DNA of 54,896 nt, the filler included, from Piptocephalis cylindrospora (taxonomy: Eukaryota): NCBI GenBank assembly GCA_003614145.1. It is 2 parts of 2 records of this genome, joined end to end, with 100 filler letters (N's around TTAATTAATTAA, not from the genome) between each part and the next. Parts side by side here need not be neighbours in the genome. Positions count along the whole stretch, not along the records: positions 27,551 to 54,896 come from KZ987769.1; 1 more part is not named here. The stretch is one strand, 5' to 3'. Numbering within the stretch: the first letter of the stretch is position 1; each line of letters starts with the position of its first letter. Below the pieces are notes generated by a model that saw only the letters and a program-made list of their open reading frames with translations, was not told where the DNA came from and did not search any database. Positions 37,572 through 47,919 of the stretch are shown here, one piece after another. The position numbers and the translations under genes were made by a program.

Positions 37572-39843
37572 TCACTTCTCAAGGGCCTTGGTGGCCTCCC
37601 GTTCAAGACGATCGGCCTCGGCCCGCAATGACCTCTCCGTCCCCATCTTGGAGATTTGCGTGGCCTCAAGAGTCTCCCCACGGGAACGACGATCCTTAAG
37701 ATCATCGATCTGTCGAAGCTTCTTCTTGACGCTCTTGAGCTTCTTGCTCACATCAGTCTCCAACTCAGGCTGCTTCTTGCCACCACCCTTCTTCCTCTCT
37801 CCTTCCTTCCCTCCATCCGTTGTCATGGCCACCTCCACCTTAGTGGGGGTCGATGAGCTCTTGGGAGAGGACCCCTTCCTTCTTCCACCACTTCCCTCCC
37901 GCCTGGTCTGGGGCCCTCCTCCCTCCTTCTTCCCAGACCCAGACCCAGATCCGGACACAGAGTCTTCCTTTTCCTGCTGCTTCCGTCGAGCCTCCCGCTT
38001 CTTCATGTTTTTCAGTGCAGTTTTAGTCATTGGCTGATCCGAGGCTCCTGGAGCTCCGGGTTTGCCATTGGTTGTCGTAGAGGGGGAAGTCCCGTCATCA
38101 TCGGACCGACGGAAAATGCTAGGGGCCGAGAGTCCCCTAGCCCCTGGGGGCCTGTAAGCTCCGACGGCCGCGGGAGAGGTGGGGGTCTTAGGCTGGGTAA
38201 TGCCCCTGGGGGCCGGGCTAAGGCTGGCACGGACAGGCCAGTTCTTGGCGGGCGCGGGCCTCCACCCAGCCTGGTAGAGCTCGGTCATGGACTCTTCCCA
38301 CACCAGAGTCCCGGTGTAATGCCACAGACGGATACCATTATCCACCCGTAATCTAGGGCTCAGGGTGGCGGCCATGATGTACCGACCATCGGGAGACCAT
38401 TCGCAGTAGGAAGTGTTGGAGGCCTCAATGGTCGCAATTTTCTTGAGCGTCTGACGATCCCAAAAGTCCACAGTTCCCGCCAAGTTTCCGAAACCTGCGA
38501 GGAGGAGGATACGGCCCTGGGGGGAAAATCGAACGGTGTTCCGAGGAAGGGAGCCAAACTCGTGCACCTTGTTGGCACGCTGGTCAAAGAGGGTGGACTT
38601 TGCGGGCATGTAGCCGTACACGACGATGAACTCCTTGGACTCGGGGTGCCAGGCCACATCATGGATGGGGCCTTCTTTGTCCAAGGCTACGCGACAATCG
38701 TAATTCCCGGCCGTGGCTAGGTAATACAGATTGCTCTCTCCATAATAGGATTTGCCGGTCTTGTCCACATCCGTCTGAGTCAGGACAAGGATTCCGGTAC
38801 CCAGACGATTCCACATAAATTGCACCTTATCAGCCTTGAAAAAGGTCTTGATGGCGATGGGCTGAGTAAAGGATCCCAGGGCAAAAAGACGGACTGAGGC
38901 GGGCGCTCCCTAATTCATAGAGGCAGGATGGGGATGAGTGGGTTGGATGGGAGGAGGATATAAAAAGAAAGAGAGAGCAAGTGGAACAGGAGCAACCCCT
39001 TACTTTCTTCTCCGCAATAAATGCAGCCACGACAGGAGACCGACCGGGGGAGAGGGAAAATTCGGTCATGCCCTCCAGACGCAATTTAGACTGAATGGAA
39101 ATGGTGTCCTTGTTGGAGGAGCCGGTGGGGTTGATGACATGCACCTCTCCGGTGACCATACGGAGAAAGTGGGCCTCATCAGCAGTCCATTGTGGGGCCC
39201 ATTGGTTGCCATTCTTATGGGTAAATGCACAGAGCTGCTTTCCCGTGACCGTCTCCCAAAGGAGAAGGTTGGCAGGGACAGAGCCGTCCTCAGCCTTGAC
39301 TATGAAGGAAGAGGAAAGGATAGAGAGGTAGAGGGGGGAAATAGAGAGGGTTGCGTAAATATCGGGAAGAGCGGCCGTTGATCGTACCCTTCATCAAGGA
39401 GATCTTACCGGGCCTCTCCCAAGTAGCAAGGTAGGTGCCTCTAGGAGAAAAAGCGGCATCGACAATGCCCTTGCGGTCGATAACCTGGATGGAGGCCTGA
39501 GTGGAGGCGTCAAGGATCCGAACGTCCTGACGCGTCACGTAAACAATATATTTGCCCGTGGCGTCATACTCGAACTTTCGAACATTGTCCTTAGTTCTGG
39601 GGAGGGAGGAGGATGAGTCAAAAGATGGACTGGGCTAAGCCTAGTGGTACTTACTCATCCAGCACCGAAGTCAAGCGGGCCTCGGGAGGACCAGACCCAA
39701 CACCACACTTGAGCAGTGAGCGATCTATGGAGGAGATGGAGAGGAAAAAAAGAGATGAGCATGCGGGGGAGGATGAGCGCACCGTCCAGGATTTTCAGGC
39801 TACGCTTACAGGCAAATTGCGTCGGGACCCGGGAATCAGACAT
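37572..39843 (-). CDS. eIF2A: Eukaryotic translation initiation factor 2A
   Basis: Multi-exon WD40-like protein: FSPRGTYL.TWER, PQWTADE, TDVDKTGKSYYGESNLY, EGPIHDVAW, VYGYMPAK, LAGFGNLAG, TLSPRLRVDNG, AYRPPGARG, C-terminal KKLKSVKKKLRQIDDLK...LEATQ. ATG 39843 (MSDSRVPTQFA). Confidence 0.95.
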
Positions 39844-40831
39844 GGCCTTGCAAGGAAGGAACGGTGAGTGAGGAGTGGAGTGGGGAGGGGAAAAAGGAGA
39901 GGGGAGGGGGGGAGGGGAGGAGGAGGGGCGGGGTGGACGAACGGACCTCTTTTTATCTCTGTCTGATGGAGGTGGGCAATGGGTTACAAGTGAATATGTG
40001 TGCAAGTCTGAATATGTGTGTATCCGAATATTTGTGTGCCGCGCACAGCGCATTTATAAAGAGAGCATTTAGGGTTGAGTAGAAGACCCATGGGCTTGCA
40101 CCCCTACTGCTTCCCCCTCCTTGCCTCCTCATGCCGATGCTTACGCCCTTGATACCATGTACAGGGTTCTTTTCTTTTGGAGTGAATTCCAATGAAAGCG
40201 GTTTATAGTGGTTAGCTCAGTCAATTATCATACTCTATAGATATGCATTTAGGTACCACGGCCGTTATACTCATCTTCAAACATAGTCCTATTTAAGATT
40301 TATATTGTGGGGGTTTGCCCTTCCATTAGTACCCAGTAACATGAACCAGCGGGATGGTACAGTGTATGACAATCCATGTGTATTTACCAAGAATGGGTTT
40401 ATAAATCATCCGCCATCCTTGCAAACGTCAGGTGGGGCAAATATGCCTCAATCACCGAGGAAAATTATCTACTATGGGCGTCCCATCTCGTTGTAAGAGG
40501 GACAATCTGCCATGGGATCCAGCTTTTGAAGAGCATTTGCCATGAAGGGAGCTTATTGAAGAAAGATTTGGACAAGACAAGTGATCATGAACCTCGTATC
40601 ACTCATTCCCACACTACAGCGCCGATTGAACCAAGATCAGAAATCCTATATTAAGCATAGAAACCTGGAGAACACTAGCATGAAGCAACCTTCCAGAGGC
40701 GCCAATTCTCGCAAGCTTTCAGGGTTCTAGTCTTACAGAGGCTTGTAGTTTTCCGTAGGGCATCCTTGGCATAGTTCACTGGTGAGCCGGTGGCGGGAGA
40801 AGCGATAGCGGAAATAGCAGTGGGAGAAACC

Positions 40832-41635
40832 TCAAGGAGTATCATCATTATTTGATGCACCAGTACCCTTGGATGAGTCTCCATTCTCGGATGAGTCTTC
40901 ATTCTTGGATGAGTCTTCATTCTCGGATGAGTCTTCATTCTTGGATGAGTCTTCATTCTTGGATGAGTCTTCATTCTTGGATGAGTCTTCATTCTCGGAT
41001 GAGTTTCCATCCTCAGATGAGCTTTCATCCTTTGTTGGACTACCATCCTTTGATGCGTTATCATCCTTTGATAAGTCGGCATCATCTGATGAATTAGGAG
41101 AAGATGAAGTAGTCGAATTGCTAGCTTGGATAAAATCGTCCATCCCGCCCTTACAACCCTCTCCAGGAGGGACAGGGTTAAAAAAGGTGGTTTGGGTCTT
41201 CTCAGTCAACCACTGGATGCTAGCTACTACTTTGGCCGTCTCGTTTTTGTTATCGTTGGCAAAGACAAGGCACATCGTATCCAAAGGAATCAGTGTCATG
41301 GGTGGGTTAGAATTCCTGCAATTGGGATAACCATTGGTAAGACACTGAAGACCCCTTTGAGCACAGGTTCGGGCGATTACGGGGTACTTATCGCCATTCT
41401 TCTTTGCACGGAAGAGCGCGTCGGTAGAGGATTTTGATAGTAGTACGATGCTGGTCAGGAAGGGCTTGGAACTGACTTCGTAGGAGACACCAGCAACCGG
41501 CCCTGGAGAGCATCGTTTCTCGAGGGAATAAGGCTTTACGGTCAGCTTTTCGCTGTGCCCGTCGGCAGTGGGTACGGCCAAGACACCAGCCAAGAAGGTA
41601 AGAGTAGTGAGGGCGGTGAAGATAGCGAGCTGCAT
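40832..41635 (-). CDS. Secreted Cys-containing protein with Kex2-type KR site and acidic hexapeptide-repeat tail
   Basis: Intronless; MQLAIFTALTTLTFLAGVLA-VP signal peptide, pro-region ending SLEKR, six Cys in the following ~120 aa, then (SSKNED/SSENED)n; TATA-like CTATAAAT on minus strand near 41795-41802. Confidence 0.8.
   Translation of the reverse strand: MQLAIFTALTTLTFLAGVLAVPTADGHSEKLTVKPYSLEKRCSPGPVAGVSYEVSSKPFLTSIVLLSKSSTDALFRAKKNGDKYPVIARTCAQRGLQCLTNGYPNCRNSNPPMTLIPLDTMCLVFANDNKNETAKVVASIQWLTEKTQTTFFNPVPPGEGCKGGMDDFIQASNSTTSSSPNSSDDADLSKDDNASKDGSPTKDESSSEDGNSSENEDSSKNEDSSKNEDSSKNEDSSENEDSSKNEDSSENGDSSKGTGASNNDDTP
40871..41086 (-). repeat. Coding 18-bp tandem repeat (minisatellite)
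   Basis: Plus-strand unit GGATGAGTCTTCATTCT[T/C]: seven near-perfect copies 40871-40996, then about five increasingly degenerate copies to 41086. Confidence 0.95.
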
Positions 41636-42276
41636 AGTGGAGGCAGGTTGGGGTGACACAGTATAGAGTACTGGGTTATTTGAGCTTGGGAAGAGGGGTA
41701 TTCGACCGGCGAAGATGGAACGAGGAAGGGTTAGAGGGTAGATTGGATATGGTGTAAGGGCAGTGTGATGATGAAAATGATAATGGATGCATGCATTTAT
41801 AGACGAGGGCTCCTGAAGAGGCTCCTTTCCACACTAGCTTTCCCTTGTCAAGATGTCGGACATCGAAACCTGAGATAGCAGGTGAATGCTTGGCATGAAG
41901 ACTACGAGTAGGGAGCGAGCGGAGATGGTCTATTGAGCGCACTATTATGTGCTGAGTGGGGTAGGAGATGGTGATGATGAGCAAAGTAAGGTGATATAAG
42001 TTAGTGTAGTATGTTGTAGGGTAGGTGGGCAGACACTTATTGGTTCTTTGCACCCTTTCTCCTTGGTATGAAGGAAAGAAGCGGCAATGGCCTCATGGGG
42101 CCGGAAATATAATCTGTGACTTTGAGTAACAGCGAATAGGATGCAGACCGGATTTCCCCGACAAGCAAATACCGATTTGGGAGGGTCATGGGACCCTACT
42201 GAGCTGAAACAGGGGCGAGATATTTTTCTGATATAGAAGGTGATGTGATGGTACGTTAGAAAAACTTGGGGCTCAA

Positions 42277-42858
42277 GTGTCTCTGGGAATGTACATGGTT
42301 ACATGGTTTAAGGGTGAGGGGGTGGATAAGGATGTAGAAGTAGTGCTGGAGCTGTGGAAGGGAGCCGCAGTGAGGGGCTTTGGCGAGGCTCATCTCTGCT
42401 TGTACCAAGCGTACTCCCAGGGTGAATGGATTGACATGGAGCTTGCCAAGGCTACGGAATATTTTGAGGGTGCTGCAAACGTAGAAGGCCCGATTAGCAT
42501 ATATCTATTTGCAGAGAAGTTTCTAGATCGGGAGGAGGGTTTAGCTAGGGTCATCACTCTACTTGAAAACCCATTATAGCGTAAGTAATATCAAGTTCGA
42601 AAGACTTATGTACGTGTCTTGCTGAAGCGTAAACGAAAGGATGATAAGGAAGTAATAGCTTCTCATCTGCGAGATTGGGTTTCATTACAGGATGGTGAGG
42701 CCATGTGTGAATTGGCATATCATGTAGATGATCCCAAGAAGACACTAGAGCTCCTTTACCGAGCCCGACGTATGAGGGTTGATAAGGCTCTTGGGACCGA
42801 GGTGGATCCGGATCACGCTAGGCGGTATCGTGCACGCTGGCCTCATTCGAGCCGTTGA
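42277..42858 (+). pseudogene. Degraded SEL1-like repeat gene fragment
   Basis: Two short ORFs split by stop/frame disruption with SEL1-like motifs: FKGEGVDKDVEVVLELWKGAAVRGFGEAHLCLYQAYSQGEWIDMELAKATEYFEGAA; DGEAMCELA; LGTEVDPDHARRY. No clean start or upstream exon. Confidence 0.6.
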
Positions 42859-43995
42859 TGACCTACCCAATATGCGGATGAATAGCGTTTAGATGGATTG
42901 GGATATTCGAGTATTACTCGTGAGTGTATCAGCGTCACCTTTTATATCAAAGGTCCTACAGATTCAACCTTATAATCATTGGCTGCCTAGCTAGCTCAAG
43001 TAATGCTCATTTGTGCTCCAAGGTAATGAGCCATGGACATGAATGGTGTATGGGAGGGTTTCAGAGTAAGGCTACTCTAGTTTGCACAGAAAGAAAAGGA
43101 AAAGGGGAAATATCCGATCTGTACTCGAGGCCAAGTCTCCTCTCCTTTAAAAAGTGATACGGACGGATAAGAACACGTACGAGAGTGCTTGATTTAGCTA
43201 GATCATCAATTTTCTTGATTAGACAATCCCTTAGGGTGTCCTATGTTTATGTGAGGGATAACTTGGCTCAAATGGTGTTAAAATGCCCATGCGTGATCCC
43301 ATGATCAATGGTTAAGAAAGTATGAGCACGGTGGGATAATTGATACTAGCGCATCGGAAGAGCAATGTATTCTGGAAGATATGGTGTGTGTATGCGTGTT
43401 TGCGAGAAAAAGTATCGGATGACAGAAGGCGTGTGCAAACGTAGGATCCGGACCTAAAGTGATCTGATCACGGAGTATACCGGATATAAGCTTCTAGAGG
43501 TGCAACAACATGGGAAGGATCTGGGAAAGCATTCAAGACAATGAAAAATAATACCCCCATCCTCGGACTCGTCCTTCCGTTTCTATCATCCCTCTTTCAC
43601 ATCTTTGCTCTTCTCCCTTTGTTCGCGTCTCCAATTCTTGATTCATTTGATTGAATCATTTAACTTGTCATAGGCACAATGGGGAATGGGATTATCAATG
43701 TGAGCCATGCCAGAGCTGGTCATCACCCCGAAAACTGGTTAAAATGGATCTTAATTGTATGCGCACTTGGGCCTGGATCATCTGGGTGCGGATGTGTGGT
43801 GGAGAAAAAAAAAAGTGGGGAAAAAGCAAGGTGTGGTCTATCTCCAGGCTCCGCAACACCTCTTGATCCTATTGTCTATTGTGAGTATAAAGCGAGGGAT
43901 GCTGGTGAGGGAGTCTGCGCCCCTCCCCTGGCTCTTCCTCTCTCCTCTTCCCTCTTTCCTCGCCCTCTGGTAAGTTGCCTCCCCATCTACCCTCC

Positions 43996-44072
43996 TGTCA
44001 TGATGTTTGCTTTACACATGTTAGACTTCTGATTTCATTCAAGAAAGACACCATATCCTTAAGTCCTGAACA
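43996..44072 (+). ncRNA. Intronic box C/D snoRNA, snR58/SNORD104-like (LSU rRNA 2'-O-methylation guide)
   Basis: Box C ATGATG 44000; guide TACACATGTTAGACT 44013-44027 antisense to the conserved LSU segment AGUCUAACAUGUGU; D' CTGA 44029; D CTGA 44066; short TGT/ACA terminal stem. D+5 rule points to the C of GAGUCUAAC. Confidence 0.8.
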
Positions 44073-44219
44073 CTTTTCCTTATTATGCATGATCCTTTGC
44101 CGTCGCCTCTCTCTCAACCCTGCTCATACTAACCTTTGTCCCTTTGCTCCCTCAGACGACTTTAATTTTCTTTATGAACATTCCTGCCTGGTAAGTGTAC
44201 TCTCCTATCCCCCCACACC

Positions 44220-44300
44220 AAGGCAATGATGCTCTTTCATTTATACACATGTTAGACCTGATTCACCTCGTGAAGTTACCATATCCATTTTCTGAGCCTT
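44220..44300 (+). ncRNA. Intronic box C/D snoRNA, paralog of the upstream one with shifted guide
   Basis: Terminal stem AAGGC (44220-44224)/GCCTT (44296-44300); box C ATGATG 44226; guide TACACATGTTAGAC 44244-44257; D' CTGA 44258; C'-like GTGAAG 44270; D CTGA 44292. Confidence 0.8.
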
Positions 44301-44459
44301 TCTTCATTTGACTTGTTCACTCTTTTTTGTCGCCCTTATACTTACATATCCACCTACTCTTACAGTGATTTTCATGTAGCTTTTTATTGTGTATCCTCAC
44401 CACTGTTCTTCGTAAGATCACCTCTACATTTGGAGTAGTAATACAATGTATTTTGCCTC

Positions 44460-45097
44460 TCAGATCTTTTGACAGGGCCTAGCCCATAGCTTCACTTGTC
44501 CACCCATACATGCAGTGAGGAGATGGGTGTCGGTGAAGGCCAAGGAGGTCAGAGGTTGATCATGGATGCGGACATTCTATTATAAAATGGGGGAAGGGAG
44601 GGTGTTAGTCCAATGTGTCCTGTCCACATTCCTTCCCGATGACACTCACCGTAATGGGCTGGATGACCGGACATCGTGACCTGGGTGGGACTGGGTGAAC
44701 CACAGTCTCTGGCGGAGTGGGATCCAGGGTGGAATGGACCATGACACTATCACGACGATGTCGATGCTACGCCAGGCGCATGGATGGGTGGTTGGTCGGT
44801 GAGCAGAAGGAGGGAGTATGATCATTCCTCGCCCATTCTCCACCCTCACTTACCCCGCCCTTGGCTCTGCTTAGGGAGGCAACGGAAAAGTCCCAAAAGC
44901 ACAGAAAGCCATCCTCTCCAACACTCCCAAACCTGTATCGATCGGCCGTACACAGAGTGGGGTCAAATGCCACTGAGGAGACCCAAGACCGATGTCCCTC
45001 TCCTCGTGCGACCAATCGTCGTTCCCGTGCCGACCATACCGATACCAAGTCATCTTGCCCGCCCGTCTAGGAAAGGGGAGGGGAAGGGAGGGTGAGT

Positions 45098-45138
<41 letters not shown>

Positions 45139-46905
45139 CCATGCTATGGTCATGAAACAGCACCACGTACAATGATGTACCGTCCATCGGGGGACCAGCT
45201 CAGACAGGTCAATGCACCAAAATATCCACGGAACACATCGGTTAGCCTGGGGAAAGGGTGTGAGTTTGTTTTTCCTGCATCCATGTAGATCCATCCCTCC
45301 TCCTTCTCCTCCCCGTACATACCTCTCCTCGACAAAGTCAATTAACTTTAGGGTACCATCCATGGAAGTGACGGCCAGCCACCGACCATCCGGGCTGAAT
45401 TGAAAGGCTGTGATGGGGGAGTAACCGAGTCTCCATCGCGTCACCGGGTTTTGCCGGGAAGGCCGATTGACCAGGGAGGCCCTTCGAGTGAAGGAGGGAG
45501 CTGGGGTGGAGGAGTCATGAGGGAGTTTGTACCGTAGATCCCTTCCATCCTCATGCCTCCCTGTACCCCCTGTGGTGGGCCCTTGAGGAGGATCCTTGGG
45601 GCTTTGACCCGTGGATCCTTCCCCCTCCTCGCCTTCAGAGGCATTTTCCTTGGTTTCCTCTGGAGGACCCCCACCCCCACCCTTTCCGCTCTCCTTGGCC
45701 CCGTCCTGAGCCCCTCCGCCATCCTCACGGTCCTTGTGGAAAATGAGGATTTCGCCATTGGCATGGGAGCTCATGAACATGTCTGCCGATTTTGGCAGCC
45801 ATTGAATCCCCGTCACAGCTGATGTAGTCATGACGCCCTAGAGAGAGAGAGAAAGAGAGAGAGAGAGTCAGTTGGATCGAAGAGCTGGCTCTGACATGAA
45901 CATGCCTTCTCCACCATCTACCTGCTTGTTGATTCGATGATAACGATCGGAAAAGGGCTCTATCCAAACGAGATCTCCGGTGGAAAAGCCGAGGATGACA
46001 TCGAGACCGGTTGGGGAAGCGGTGTAGGCGTTGATGGCATGCGTGGTGGGGAAAGCCTTGCCAAAGTTGAATCTCCATTCTTTGGGCGTCTTGGACAGGT
46101 CGGTGCACACAAAGGTCCGTCCCACGTGAAAGGTGGTGAATGTTTCGCGTAGAGAGGCTCGGTAGTTCCGAAAATCCACTGGAGCCGGGTTGAGGGGAGC
46201 TGGGGCCAGGCCATTTCCCTTGGTCTTGGACCCACGGGGTGGGATGAGCTGAGCCCCGGAGGAGGAGAGGAGATTGGGGGAGAGAAGGGCCCCTAGGGTG
46301 GAGGAAGGGAGGGATTGGGCCGTGGAGTTGGAGGAGGGGGAGGAGGTTAGGGTGGGGGCCAAGGGAGGGAGGGAAGGGTTAGGGGAGGTGGAGGTTGGGG
46401 TCATGGTGCCGGTGGATGGAGGGGTGGATAGGGGTTGGACGACCGTCCGGGAGAGGAAGTGGCTATTGGTCTTGGCCATGCTATTCTTTGGTCTTCTCCG
46501 CCTCTTTCCCTCCTTGTCGGTGCCAAGGGAAAGGTCGGGTTCGTGAGTCTCCTCGGCCGTTGTGCCCTCTATCCTTGACGTGGATGCCGCTGAGGAGCTG
46601 GAGAGGGAGGAGGAGGTGGAGGAGGAGGAGGAAGTGGAGGTGGAAGAGGAGGCCGAGGTGGATAGGAGGGTGGGGTCCGAGGTCGTTTGGGCGAGGTCTG
46701 AGGTGAGATCGGGCCGATGGGGTGGTAGGGAGGTGAATCGGCTGGTGGGGCCCACGATAGGTTGGATGGAGGCCCTGGTCGGGTTCACCGGACAGGGTGG
46801 GGAGGAGGAGGTGACGGGCGGCAGATATTCTGGGTGATGGAGGTGACGAACCAGTCGGTAGAGTCCTTCCAAGGTTTCAATTTCATCAGGCAGGGTGGAT
46901 TCCAT
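44460..46905 (-). CDS. CreC / WDR20 / DMWD-like WD40 protein (deubiquitinase cofactor family)
   Basis: Motifs [44 protein letters not shown]....[69 protein letters not shown], final VKLWARP; TGA at 44460-44462. Confidence 0.9.
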
Positions 46906-47919
46906 GGTGGGATGTCAGTGGGCTGGGGGCTCCTGGGGCGGGAGGAGAGGAGGGAGGGGCTAGAGGGTTCCTGGGCTGGGATGGCAAGTGGGGGATGGAT
47001 GGAGGAAAGAGAGTTGACCTGGATGGCGGGTGTGCTGGGGTGACAGGCGGCGGATGGATCTCCTCTTTGTTGCCATTGCCGCCCTTGTTCAATCTTGGGG
47101 AGTGAGTTTGGATGTGTTTGATCTTGAATTGGAGGGGCACTTGCTCTCCTCTCTCCAGGGGGAGGCGGAAGATTTAGCGGGCCAGGGCCTCTCTGTCTAG
47201 TGCAGATGATGGTGTGGCTGGCGCCTGGAGAGGGAGGAGGATGCTTGTCGGGTTTATTCCCCGCGTACGCGGGTGTGGGTGATTTAGCTAGCTTGTATGT
47301 GGGAGGCTAGGGGAGAGGGGAGGTCTGTTATATATGGGAGGGGAGGAGTGCTTGTGCCCCGGATGTGACCCAGGCGGGGAAATAACGAGGGGCTGGGGGG
47401 CTGACAGGTCCAAGAAGAGGGGGGGTTTCCCTGTGGGAAAGCCCCTAGTGTGCGCTCTGCTATCTCAAGTCTCAGCAACCAGAGTATGAGCTCTCAGCCT
47501 CATCGCCCTGGATCTGGACTATAGAGAGAGAGGATGTCAAACCCCCCTCTTCCCCTCCCCGCCCACACCAATCACACCGCCTATGAGACGACAGATGTAT
47601 GTGGATCTTGTCTATCTATTAGACAAGCAACTCCTTGACACCCGACTATTTAAGCGACCGCCAGCACTACGGCGGGAGGAGGAGGAGGCCTGCCCGTCGT
47701 TCTCCCGCTCACGTCTCCAAGGCTTTCTCGTGCCGCCTCGTACAAAAGACCCGCTGTCTGTACTGATTCTTATCCGAGGTGTGCTGGTAGCCTGCGTACA
47801 ACGCTCCTTCTTCCTTACCCATCACATCACATCCCACCCATCTTCCCTTTCCTCCTCCATCCCTCTTACATACACGGACTGATTTCACCCCAACCCCCAT
47901 CATCTCGTTGCCAGATAGT

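Larger units (their letters stand above)
43886..44450 (+). ncRNA. Non-coding snoRNA host gene (TATA box, pyrimidine-rich first exon, two introns); ends approximate
   Basis: TATAAA 43886-43891; intron 1 GTAAGT 43970 ... TACTAAC 44127-44133 ... CAG 44155; 35-nt exon 44156-44190; intron 2 GTAAGT 44191 ... TACTTAC ... CAG 44365; spliced exons have no meaningful ORF. Confidence 0.75.

Noticed and set aside
40871..40996. Regular 18-bp repeats as a possible CRISPR array or Kex2-processed repeat-peptide precursor
   Set aside because: Units are contiguous with no spacers, the DNA is eukaryotic, and the peptide repeats contain no KR/KK cleavage sites; it is a coding minisatellite.
40675..41330. Alternative-frame ORFs (MKTHPR)n, (MSLHSW)n, (DESSFL)n
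   Set aside because: Shadow frames of the stop-poor tandem repeat; the signal-peptide frame explains the locus.
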